64,000 nucleotides of DNA from an uncultured Candidatus Saccharibacteria bacterium (GTDB lineage: Bacteria; Patescibacteriota; Minisyncoccia; UBA6257; 1-14-0-10-44-23). Below the pieces are notes generated by a model. That model made no database searches, was not told the origin of the DNA, and was given only the letters and a program-made list of their open reading frames with translations. Location of the stretch: contig CAZJVT010000003.1 in assembly GCA_964549935.1 (NCBI GenBank), positions 159,501 to 223,500 on the forward strand. The letters run 5' to 3'. Of this stretch, positions 1 to 8,494 are shown in pieces. The position numbers were made by a program, and so were the translations under genes. The number at the start of each line of letters is the position of its first letter. The stretch's first letter is position 1.

Positions 1-1220
1 CTGATCTCGTTCTTCCGCGGCTTGCCGAGCCGGAGCGCGGTCCGGAGCTGGCGCTGCGGCTTCGCCTCGAGCTTCTCCTCGATCTCGGCGATCTCCGCGG
101 CGGACTTGCCCAGATTGCGCTTCCGGCCCCAGATGCCGTGCCGCCAGATGTGCTTGATGCCGCGCGCTTTCGCTTCGATCTCGACGAGATCCCTCCAGTC
201 GTCGACGAAGACCCCGGGTCCAAGCCGGCGGATCTTCGGGAACAGGATCGTCAGGATGCGGTTCAGCGTGCCGATCGGTGCGCCGTGGCTCACCGACCAC
301 CGGTGACCGGCGGACGGCTGCTTGCCGAAGGCGATCGCGACTTCCTTCAGGGTCAGGCTGCCGCCGATCATCCTGTTCAGCGTGTCGAAGAACTCGTTGA
401 AACTCGGCGCGATCGGGACCGCGGCGTCCTCCGGGTACTTGTTGAGCCACCGCGCCATAAGGGCGATCGATGGGTCGTAGAGCGGCTTGTCGCGCTGGTC
501 TTCCTTGACCAGCTTGGCGAAGGCGAAGCCCGAGATGCCGAGAACGAACTGAAACTCCATCGCGGTGAGACCGAGCTTCTCGCGCAGCGACAGGAGGTCG
601 TTGCCGGTGATCGGCTTGTACGCGCCGCGGAGCCTGATCGTCTTCGGGCCGCTCCCATGCCCCTTCTCGACCTGCGCGCCGGTCAGCGCCGTCTTCGCGC
701 CCTTCTTCTTGGAATAGGGCCAGTCCCCGTGGGACCAGATGTTGGGCGCCCCGCGGGCGAACGCCTCTTCCGAGACGATCCGGATCCATTCCTCGCTGAA
801 GGCCCGGTGCCCGTGCTTCTGGACCTTGCGATAGAGCATCGTGACGATGCGGCCGATGCTGAGCGTGGTCTGCCCGTAGGAGAGCTGTGCCCATCGGTAG
901 CCGGCGGAAACGTCGCAGCCGAGGGCGACCGCGAGGATGCGAGGCGTGACCTCGTCGCCCATGAGACTGCTCAGGAGATCGTGGAACTCCTGGACGCTCT
1001 TCGTAGACTCGAAGGGAACGTCTTCGGGGTACTTGTCGAGCCAGCGCGTGAGCAGGGCCAGCGCAACGTCGGACAGGGGCTCGTTCGGGTTCTTCCGGCC
1101 TTCGTAGAAGGATCCAGTCCAGGTGCCGAGGGCGAAAAGAAGGTCGTCCCGCGTAAGGCCGAGCTTTTCCTGCAGGTCCTTCACGTCGTTGATGTTTACG
1201 GGACGATCGGTCGGTATCAT
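1..1220 (-). CDS. Partial (3' end beyond window) putative DNA-binding protein made of two tandem ~190-aa repeats, each with two HTH-like segments
   Basis: Manual translation from ATG at 1220 (MIPTDRPVNINDVKDLQEKLGLTRDDLLFALG...) stays open to the window edge. Internal repeat: RWLDKYPED/RWLNKYPED, SAGYRW/SAGHRW, ARGAPNIWSHG/ARGIKHIWRHG. Absent from the ORF track because its stop is outside the window. Confidence 0.8.
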   Translation of the reverse strand, partial: MIPTDRPVNINDVKDLQEKLGLTRDDLLFALGTWTGSFYEGRKNPNEPLSDVALALLTRWLDKYPEDVPFESTKSVQEFHDLLSSLMGDEVTPRILAVALGCDVSAGYRWAQLSYGQTTLSIGRIVTMLYRKVQKHGHRAFSEEWIRIVSEEAFARGAPNIWSHGDWPYSKKKGAKTALTGAQVEKGHGSGPKTIRLRGAYKPITGNDLLSLREKLGLTAMEFQFVLGISGFAFAKLVKEDQRDKPLYDPSIALMARWLNKYPEDAAVPIAPSFNEFFDTLNRMIGGSLTLKEVAIAFGKQPSAGHRWSVSHGAPIGTLNRILTILFPKIRRLGPGVFVDDWRDLVEIEAKARGIKHIWRHGIWGRKRNLGKSAAEIAEIEEKLEAKPQRQLRTALRLGKPRKNEI

Positions 1221-1343
1221 CGAGCGGTCCTAACCTTGCTGCGAACGCGATTATTGGCCCGGCAGGGCGCTTTACGATTAAAAGCAAACAGAGTATATCA
1301 TAAAGAGTTTCCCCGATGAAAGGCGCCCCAGGGCGACCACCGA

Positions 1344-2033
1344 ATGACCGAAATCGTGGTGACCGGCTACTTCGCGTACCAGGGCGACCCGCCGAAGGAG
1401 GTCGTGCTCGGAAATATCGCGTCGACGCTCGAGCTGCCGAAGTCCGGCCTCACGCTTTACTACGGCTACCAGTCGACTCTCGCGGCGATGTCCCGGGTGC
1501 GCCAGGCCGCCGAAGCGCAGAAGATGTCGGTCTGCACGGTCTCGGTGACCCTCGAGGTGCCGGAGAACGTCTATGCCCAGCGCATCTACCTCAAGCCCCG
1601 GACGGTCGAGACCAATCACGCCGGAGTGAAGAAGAAGGTGAAGGTGCCGGGCCTGGACCAGATCCAGATGGTCTTCATGGACCGCATCGGCAAGGAAGGC
1701 GTGGACGTCCTCAGCGAGCAGGCGCGGAAGATCCTCGCGCGCAGGGACATCCCCTACGAAGAGGGCTTTGCCTATTCGGGGCGCTTCATGACGGCCCATC
1801 CGTGGTTCCTGGACCAGCTGGTGAAGTCGCCTTACCTGAAGTCGGCGGAAGGCATCTTCTACTGGTCGGTCGAAGACCGGAAGCCGGTGCAGCCGGTGCA
1901 GCTGGTCACCCTGTTCTCGGATGCCTCGGTGACGAAGGTCGACACCCGCGGCGTCCGGACCGTCATCCGCTTTCCCAAGCAGATCCTCTCGAAGTCCGAC
2001 AAGGGCTGGAAGGATCCTCAGGTCTTCGGCTGA
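1344..2033 (+). CDS. Hypothetical protein (229 aa)
   Basis: Protein-like composition, G/C-ending codons, divergent from the previous gene, followed by a terminator. Confidence 0.75.
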   Translation: MTEIVVTGYFAYQGDPPKEVVLGNIASTLELPKSGLTLYYGYQSTLAAMSRVRQAAEAQKMSVCTVSVTLEVPENVYAQRIYLKPRTVETNHAGVKKKVKVPGLDQIQMVFMDRIGKEGVDVLSEQARKILARRDIPYEEGFAYSGRFMTAHPWFLDQLVKSPYLKSAEGIFYWSVEDRKPVQPVQLVTLFSDASVTKVDTRGVRTVIRFPKQILSKSDKGWKDPQVFG

Positions 2034-2059
2034 CGACCCTTACCTAGATCGGGACGATG

Positions 2060-2093
2060 AACGGCGGCACCTGACGGGCCGCCGTTTTCGTTT
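2060..2093 (+). terminator. Rho-independent terminator
   Basis: Stem AACGGCGGC/GCCGCCGTT followed by TTCGTTT, just downstream of the 1344-2033 stop. Confidence 0.75.
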
Positions 2094-2214
2094 GCGTCCA
2101 CGGCTTCATGGAGAGCCCCGGGCAAGGCAAATAGGAAAGGAAAGACTGCTCCTTCTTCTTCGCGCTTTCTGATTAATCGTGTACGCTTATGGGTAAGCGG
2201 AGGGAAGGAACAGG

Positions 2215-2847
2215 ATGTCCACAGCGTTCGCCAGGGTCGTTTCCCTGGATGGCAAAGCCATCCCTTCCCCGTCGGCCCCGGGCCATGACGCCAATCAGCG
2301 CTCCAATATCCCGACCCCCCGTCCTCTCACCGGCCTTTGGAGCCGACCGAGCTTCCGTGCCGCCGGCGCCCGCATGATGAACCGCCTCATAGAGCTCAAG
2401 CTGCTTTCCGAGGCAGGCATGCGCGTCCTTTCGGGCATCCTCGACGAGCAGCCTGGACCGGTTTGTCTCGAGGCACTCGACCCGACCCTCTATTTCTCGA
2501 CCGTCGGGGCAGAGGATGCGGCGATCGAGATCCAGGAATGGGTCGGTCGCCTGATCGACGACAGCCGGACCGGTATCCAGGGGGCGCCGGAGGCCGAAGC
2601 CCATGTCTGGGCGGTGCGCCTGGGGCTTCTCCCGGCGGAAACCGGTCATCCGGAGATCGTCGAGGAGCCCGGCCAGACCATGGATCTGGCCCCCGGCACG
2701 ATCGGGCTTTCAGAGATCGACGCCGACGAGATCGCCCAGGAGATCATGCGCGGGGAGCCGCCGTCGGGCGGCACCCCTTCCCCGCTCCCGTCGTCGCTGG
2801 TTCGCCCCGGTATCCCGGACGCCAAGGTTTCCGAGGTGCCGTTCTAG
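2215..2847 (+). CDS. Hypothetical protein (210 aa)
   Basis: Purine-rich RBS (ggaaggaacagg) before ATG; ends 2 nt from the convergent partition gene. Confidence 0.6.
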   Translation: MSTAFARVVSLDGKAIPSPSAPGHDANQRSNIPTPRPLTGLWSRPSFRAAGARMMNRLIELKLLSEAGMRVLSGILDEQPGPVCLEALDPTLYFSTVGAEDAAIEIQEWVGRLIDDSRTGIQGAPEAEAHVWAVRLGLLPAETGHPEIVEEPGQTMDLAPGTIGLSEIDADEIAQEIMRGEPPSGGTPSPLPSSLVRPGIPDAKVSEVPF

Positions 2848-2849
2848 GT

Positions 2850-3368
2850 CTAGCCGACCAATTTCGATTTCTCAGCTCGCGCCTTTCTTCTACGTTCGGC
2901 CTTCTCCTTGACCAGCTCCGCGACAATGTCGGAAGCATCCTTGCGCGAAGCCTGGTTCAGGAAGTGAAGCCCGGCTCGGATGATCTCGCTGTCGTCGACA
3001 TTGGTGCCGATCGTACTCATGAAGTCGACACGCAGACGGTGAATCAGCTGATCGTCACCGACGGTGATGACATAGGTGTTCCGCTTGACCTGGTTCTCTT
3101 CTTCCTTCTGCTGACGCCGCGAAAGAGGACGCTGCTCGACGGCGACAGAAGGCATGACTGGAGCGCTAGGCGGTGGCGGAGCGACGGGAGGCACCAGTGC
3201 GATAGGCGGAGCGGCGGCGGGTGCTAGAGGCGGCGTAGCAGGGCTCGGCTGAGCCTCAGGTGCGGGATCCACCTTTCCCGTCTTCGCGAATTGCTCGATT
3301 TCCTCAGGGCTCACTTTCTGCTTTATGAATGAGCGCGCCGCCGGTGGCATTGAACTTACATTGGTCAT
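2850..3368 (-). CDS. ParA partner, ribbon-helix-helix-type centromere-binding protein (ParG-like)
   Basis: 2 nt downstream of parA; Pro/Ala-rich disordered N-terminus, C-terminal beta-alpha-alpha pattern RNTYVI...LIHRLR...DSEIIRAGLHFL. Confidence 0.7.
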   Translation of the reverse strand: MTNVSSMPPAARSFIKQKVSPEEIEQFAKTGKVDPAPEAQPSPATPPLAPAAAPPIALVPPVAPPPPSAPVMPSVAVEQRPLSRRQQKEEENQVKRNTYVITVGDDQLIHRLRVDFMSTIGTNVDDSEIIRAGLHFLNQASRKDASDIVAELVKEKAERRRKARAEKSKLVG

Positions 3369-3370
3369 CT

Positions 3371-4051
3371 TTATGCGGCCTTCTGCGTAAGAGGCACTCC
3401 GAGTATCTCCAGTATCTCGTCGGCAACGTCTCTGAACTGCCTGCAGGAAATCGTTCTGCTGCGCGAGTGGATCGCCTCGCCATATCCCTGGATTTGTCGA
3501 AGCACCTGCGCCTGCGAGATCTTCGTTCGAAGCATCTCGATCTCCATGACATTCACGATCTCGAGCGCTTGGGCCATGATCGTGGTCCGCGGCTGATACT
3601 CATTGAGCACAGCTCTCACCTCGACATGGGTGTTGCGATATCTGGCGGCTTCGATCATCTCCTTCATGACCTTGGTCGCGTCCAGGTCGACCCATGCTGG
3701 TTTGATCGGTACGAGTACGAAGTCGGCGGCCATTACAGCAGCCCTCGATTGGGGCGCCTCACGATCAGGTGGACAATCGACGACCACGAAGTCGTTCCGC
3801 CTTGCCTCATCCTGGATTCCGCGCCCGATTGTCTCGCCCATGGCGTAGAGGCTGGAGACCCTCACGGCTAACGGCTTGCCGTCGGGGGCATTCCCTAGCC
3901 AGAACATGGCGGATTGCTGCTTGTCGGCATCGATTAGGGTGACCTCGTATCCCCTTTGCGCAAGCTCGGCCGCCAGGTTCACCGAGACCGTTGTCTTCCC
4001 GCAGCCGCCCTTCTGGTTCGCCACGGCAATGATCTTCTGCTGCATGGCCAT
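3371..4051 (-). CDS. parA: ParA family partition ATPase (short, type Ib-like)
   Basis: Deviant Walker A NQKGGCGKTT, LIDADKQQS, Walker B DFVVVDCPP; no N-terminal HTH. Confidence 0.93.
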   Translation of the reverse strand: MAMQQKIIAVANQKGGCGKTTVSVNLAAELAQRGYEVTLIDADKQQSAMFWLGNAPDGKPLAVRVSSLYAMGETIGRGIQDEARRNDFVVVDCPPDREAPQSRAAVMAADFVLVPIKPAWVDLDATKVMKEMIEAARYRNTHVEVRAVLNEYQPRTTIMAQALEIVNVMEIEMLRTKISQAQVLRQIQGYGEAIHSRSRTISCRQFRDVADEILEILGVPLTQKAA

Positions 4052-4058
4052 CCTCGCT

Positions 4059-4421
4059 ATGGCGCGCCATCTCGCATGGCACGCCTCATTTCACGCTCTG
4101 TTCGCCCCCCGAACCGCGCCATCCAGTATTCCTTGCCATCAGGGATGGCGCGCCGGCCGAGGCGGCATGCCATCGAGCGAGGCGTGCCACGATATCGGGC
4201 GTGTCGCCTCGGATGTCCTGGCTGCCCATATGTCATGCCGCCCAGGATGGCGCGCCCCAGATCACTACAAGACATACCGGGTGGCTATCCATATCTTGTG
4301 GATAAGGCTCGTAACTATCGCCATATACTCGTGATTCGGCGAGGTGACAAGCACCATCCCAGGAGGCGCGACGCAATTCGGATTTCGCCAGACGGGATGG
4401 CGCGCCATACAAAATGGCGCG
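4059..4421. repeat. Cluster of palindromic ATGGCGCGCCAT-like repeats, candidate parS/operator
   Basis: Full copies at 4059-4070 and 4397-4408; partial or variant copies at 4076, 4115, 4145, 4164, 4181, 4247 and 4414; directly upstream of parA. Confidence 0.7.
4297..4305 (-). promoter_or_regulatory. Perfect DnaA box (TTATCCACA on minus strand)
   Basis: TGTGGATAA on + strand in the parA upstream intergenic region; near-box CTATCCATA at 4285-4293. Confidence 0.5.
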
Positions 4422-4484
4422 TGACTTCTCAACGGTTGGTACTATCGCGTCGGCACCTTATGATGCGTGAAAGGAGCCGAGCCG

Positions 4485-5654
4485 ATGAACCTCAGAGAAG
4501 TGCTGACCCCCGCCGCCCTGGCGCCGTTGTTCGCTGCCTACGACGACAAGAACGACGGCTACGAGAACTATCGGAAGCAGGTGAAGGGGATCGTCTGGCC
4601 GGCTGTGCAGAGGCATCTCGAAGGGCTACGAGCAGCAGGGAAGCTGGCGCCGATCCCGAACTCGAAGGGACGCAGCTCCAACTTCATGGACGCATGGAAC
4701 GCCATGGTGACGGGGGAGGGGCGGCGGTACAGCGAGCCCCAGTACATGTGGCATGCCATCCTCCAAACGGTCAGCCACGGCCTGGTCTTCGATGCCCTGG
4801 ACGCCATCCGCGAGTCCGCCAAGCTGATGGGGTCCAGAACCGAAGCTGAAAAGATCGCTTGCGAACGTCTCATCGCCGCGATCGAGAAGGGTGACGCGCC
4901 GAAGTACATGAGCGGCGAACACGAATGCACCGTTACCGGAGATCGCCTCTCGCTCGTCATCAAGGATTGGCGGCCATCATTTAGCCATTACCGGGACGGC
5001 AAGCTCGTGCCCATCGAGGAAGTGCCCGAGCCCCGCATCGTCGAGCTCGAGGTCGAGCTGAAGAGCGGCAACCTGCTCATCGCCGACTGGTTCCGCATCG
5101 ACGCCTTTACCAACGCGGTGAAGCTCGAGAAGGAGAGAAGCATCAACTCGGTGCAGGGCTGCCAGGAGTTCACCGAGCGCAGCCTGGCCGAGCATGGCTT
5201 CGTCACCGTCTTCGTCGGCAATTCGAGTCCTCGCATCATCAGCAAGAACGATGCGCTGGTGCTCGGCTACTATGATGAGGACGGCGACGAGGATTTGGCC
5301 GGAAAGGAACTAGGCTCGGTCTGCACGGACCTGTGGTGGGCGACGATCATCGAGCGCGAGCACCTGGTCTCGATCGTTGCGCGGACGCACGGCGAAGAAG
5401 AGGCCGAGCGCCTGGTGGCGGCCTATCTCGTGGAGCATGCGCATGTCGTCAACGAGGTGAAGGTCTCACCCGGCAAGCACATGCTCTACTTTGCCGGCGA
5501 CCCAGAGATCATCGAGGAGAGGTTCGCCGCGAAGGACTTCCCGATGGGCCCGATCGAGCCGTATTTCGTGCTGTCGAACAGGAAGCTGGATCTCGTGGCA
5601 AAGGCACGGCATGTCCAGCCCGAACCGGATAAGCCGGCGAGTCTCGCGCTCTAG
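4485..5654 (+). CDS. Hypothetical protein (~389 aa, acidic)
   Basis: AAGGAG RBS before ATG 4485; globular composition; no recognised motif. Confidence 0.8.
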   Translation: MNLREVLTPAALAPLFAAYDDKNDGYENYRKQVKGIVWPAVQRHLEGLRAAGKLAPIPNSKGRSSNFMDAWNAMVTGEGRRYSEPQYMWHAILQTVSHGLVFDALDAIRESAKLMGSRTEAEKIACERLIAAIEKGDAPKYMSGEHECTVTGDRLSLVIKDWRPSFSHYRDGKLVPIEEVPEPRIVELEVELKSGNLLIADWFRIDAFTNAVKLEKERSINSVQGCQEFTERSLAEHGFVTVFVGNSSPRIISKNDALVLGYYDEDGDEDLAGKELGSVCTDLWWATIIEREHLVSIVARTHGEEEAERLVAAYLVEHAHVVNEVKVSPGKHMLYFAGDPEIIEERFAAKDFPMGPIEPYFVLSNRKLDLVAKARHVQPEPDKPASLAL

Positions 5655-6991
5655 TCGGTCGGCGTCTTGGGTCTTGCCGCAAGGACGGCCGCGATGTGCT
5701 TGTTCACCTGATCCATATTCGCGATCTCCGCGGATAGATCGATCCAGGCACGAAGCTCCTCGGTGCGAGCGGGCGATTTGGGGATCTTTGGTCGAGGGGG
5801 CCTTGCGCGTTCCTCGGCCGCCTCGTCGAGCTCCATGACGAGGAGTTCCCTTTCATCCTCTTCCGCGCCTTCTTTTTTCTGAACGGGGCGCTGCCGGCCG
5901 TCGGGATCGTCGATCACCTCGATCGCCGTGGCGTCGATCACGTCGTCCTGGTCGATCGGCTTCTGGCTTTCCTGGGCCGGCAGGGACCTCTTCGGATCCC
6001 AGTCGTCGTGGTCGTCCCGCGGCGCCTTGGGCGCGACGAAGGCCCGCCGGACCTCGATGTCTTCCTTCAGGCTGGCGAAGTCGATGCCGGCGTAGGCTTT
6101 CCATGTCCGGCGCCCGCTGATCTCCTCGAGGATCCCGAGCGCCACGAGCTCTTCAAGCATCATGTTCGCGGCACGGACGGTGCAGCCGAAGCGACGTGCA
6201 ACCCCCGCAGGCGTGAGGATGGGCGACGCGGCGGCCTGGTCGATCAGGAGAGGGAGTCGGGAATTCGACCGTCGTTCGCCGGCGCGCCCGTGCCAGGCTT
6301 TCCAGGACAGGGTCAGGGTCCGGAGAAGGCCCAGAAGCTCGACCGCGTCCGCTTCGAGAGCTTCGAGGAAGGCGGCGAGGAACAGGTCCGGCCTTTCCGA
6401 GCCGGTTCGGTGGACCTGGTCCGCGACCAGGAGGATGGGGGAGGGGACCAGGCCGTGCATCGCCAGGCTGGCCGGCAGGCGCTCATGGGCGAGGCCGGCC
6501 GTCATGAGGTTGGACCGGCCTTCATAGAGCTGGGCCGCGACCGCGAAGAGAGCAGGGCCCTTGCCCGCTGGCTGAAGGGGGAACGAGCCCATCAGAGGGG
6601 GTTTTTCATCCGTCTCGGGTGGAGTCTTCGGCCAAGGCGAGGCGGAGAGGGCGAGCAGCCGCCGAGCCCTGCCGATGGCCCGGCGCTCGGCTCCTTTGTC
6701 GGCCATGGCCGGGAGCTGGAGGAGGGCCAGGTGACCCGCGATCCGGGCCTCGTCGACCAGGATCCCGTCGATTTTCGACAGTCGGACAGCCGCATGCAGG
6801 GCTGACCGGCAGGCGAAGGCATCCGAAAGGGGGTGGTTGCGAAGGCTGGTGGAAAGCTCCGCGATCGCCCTGACGCAGGTCTCCAGGCCGCGCAGGACCC
6901 TGTCGGTTCGGACCGACGGGGACGAGAACCTGTGAGGAGGGCCCGCCGGTGCCGGCTCTTGTGCCGGAATCCGCGAAAGAAGGGAAGTCAT
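5651..6991 (-). CDS. DUF1612/HTH (RHE_PE00001-like, Fic-related) protein with acidic C-terminal extension
   Basis: Family-typical segment RRSNSRLPLLIDQAAASPILTPAGVARRFGCTVRAANMMLEELVALGILEEISGRRTWKAY; family commonly neighbours plasmid integrases in alphaproteobacteria. Confidence 0.65.
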   Translation of the reverse strand: MTSLLSRIPAQEPAPAGPPHRFSSPSVRTDRVLRGLETCVRAIAELSTSLRNHPLSDAFACRSALHAAVRLSKIDGILVDEARIAGHLALLQLPAMADKGAERRAIGRARRLLALSASPWPKTPPETDEKPPLMGSFPLQPAGKGPALFAVAAQLYEGRSNLMTAGLAHERLPASLAMHGLVPSPILLVADQVHRTGSERPDLFLAAFLEALEADAVELLGLLRTLTLSWKAWHGRAGERRSNSRLPLLIDQAAASPILTPAGVARRFGCTVRAANMMLEELVALGILEEISGRRTWKAYAGIDFASLKEDIEVRRAFVAPKAPRDDHDDWDPKRSLPAQESQKPIDQDDVIDATAIEVIDDPDGRQRPVQKKEGAEEDERELLVMELDEAAEERARPPRPKIPKSPARTEELRAWIDLSAEIANMDQVNKHIAAVLAARPKTPTD

Positions 6992-7167
6992 GGTTTAGTA
7001 TACTATAAAAAATCTCATCCGGTGACATTTTAACCTGCGAAAATGTTCCTTTACGAAGGTGCAAATCGCGTGATATACTCCACTTCATGATGAGAGCCCG
7101 AATATGCAAGCTAAATCAAAGGGTTAAACAGATATTCCGTCCGCTTGCCATGAAACGGAACCTGCAA

Positions 7168-7494
7168 ATGCAGTCTCAAGCTCCCGCCTCCTTCGATCGC
7201 AACCTGACCCTCGAGACCTACGCGCTGGCCTTCGCCGTCGGCCTCCTCGCCGGCATGGTGATCCCGGTCATGGGCTTCGGCCTTGTCGCCAAGCAGGCGT
7301 CGATCCCGGGGACGCTCGCGATGATGTTCGCTCTGTGCATCCCTGCTCCGATCATGTGCCGCCTGGTCGAGGACCGGATCCGCGCGCGTGAGATCGAGCG
7401 CAGCGCCAAGCACGGCCTCCTCTTCGCGCTCGGGTGGGTTCTCACCATGATCGGCGGCTTCTTCCTGGTGCGCTACCTGGTGCTCGGGCTGTGA
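7168..7494 (+). CDS. Small membrane protein (3 predicted TM helices); start uncertain (7150 or 7168)
   Basis: Three hydrophobic stretches; stop overlaps next GTG. Confidence 0.6.
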   Translation: MQSQAPASFDRNLTLETYALAFAVGLLAGMVIPVMGFGLVAKQASIPGTLAMMFALCIPAPIMCRLVEDRIRAREIERSAKHGLLFALGWVLTMIGGFFLVRYLVLGL

Positions 7495-8210
7495 CCGGCG
7501 TCGCGACAGCTCTGGCGGAAGCGGGTAGGCCCGTACGCCGTCATCCGGCGCTCGCGCTGGGCCCAATTCGCAGGTCCACGCCTACCTATCTCCGCCGGAC
7601 CGGCGAGACCCTCTGCAGCTTCTATATTCAGGTCCCCGATCTCGATGCCGAGATCCATGTCTATTCGACGCTCTATCTCTCGAAGAACGAGAAGGGTGGC
7701 TGGGACGCGCGGATCCATGTCGAGCTTCCGATCAGCGCCGAACCCAGGGCGCCGCTTGAAGAGCTCCGGGCGCGTAAGCGTCAGATCAGGGTGGAGAAGA
7801 TCCAGAAAATCGTCGACGCGCTGACCGCTGCCGGACTCGCATTCGAGGAACGTCTTGGCCCTAACGAGCGGCGCGATCTCTATGTCGGCTCAGGCAGGAC
7901 GCGCGAGCAGGCGGTGGACAGCGCCAGAGAGGCGGCCATTGTGGCTTCGATCGCGCTCCGCGGCGTCGAACCCGTCGTTTGGATCAGGGCCGAGATGGAT
8001 CGCATCCGCGCTCACAACGAGGGTCTCCGTCGACAAGCCGCCGAGCAAGAACGACAGGAAAAGCAGATCGAGGAGAATGAGCGCAGAAATGAGGCGATGC
8101 AGAAGGTGGCGACAGAAGCTCTACGCCTCGAAAACGAAGGTCTCCTCGAGGACTCGAACGTCCTGGCCAGCCTTCGCCAGCTCGTCCTCGATCTCAAGTC
8201 GGTTTCCTGA
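7491..8210 (+). CDS. Hypothetical protein with C-terminal coiled coil
   Basis: GTGA overlap with previous stop; E/Q/R-rich helix RRQAAEQERQEKQIEENERRNE. Confidence 0.6.
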   Translation: MTGVATALAEAGRPVRRHPALALGPIRRSTPTYLRRTGETLCSFYIQVPDLDAEIHVYSTLYLSKNEKGGWDARIHVELPISAEPRAPLEELRARKRQIRVEKIQKIVDALTAAGLAFEERLGPNERRDLYVGSGRTREQAVDSAREAAIVASIALRGVEPVVWIRAEMDRIRAHNEGLRRQAAEQERQEKQIEENERRNEAMQKVATEALRLENEGLLEDSNVLASLRQLVLDLKSVS

Positions 8211-8212
8211 TC

Positions 8213-8494
8213 TTGCCGCTCTTCATGTGCAGGGTCTGCTTCTGCGTCGAGAACACCGCGGTCTCCGGATACAGCGCCCAGATGCGCCGGGCGATCGCCG
8301 TCGGTGAAGAGCTGAAACCACTCTGCTCCGAGCATTTCCTCGGTGCCTGGCATGGGCGCTTCGAGAAGCGATTGGCCGTTGGTCATCTCGAAGGAATTGA
8401 CGGTTTTCTCTACACGCCAGATGAGGCCGCCGGATCGATGGCAACTCAGGGGCCATTCACCAGCATTACGTTGCCGACATCGACCAGCAGATGA
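8213..8494 (+). CDS. Small hypothetical protein (CxxC plus CxxH, possible metal binding)
   Basis: Fills the gap and overlaps the recombinase start (ATGA); CRVC and CSEH motifs. Confidence 0.4.
   Translation: MPLFMCRVCFCVENTAVSGYSAQMRRAIAVGEELKPLCSEHFLGAWHGRFEKRLAVGHLEGIDGFLYTPDEAAGSMATQGPFTSITLPTSTSR

Noticed and set aside
138-1319. 393-aa plus-strand ORF
   Set aside because: Antisense shadow of the real minus-strand gene 1-1220, which has internal repeats and better coding character
4059-4421. Repeat cluster as a CRISPR array or iterons
   Set aside because: Units are 10-12 bp palindromes with irregular spacing; no cas genes; no regular direct-repeat phasing
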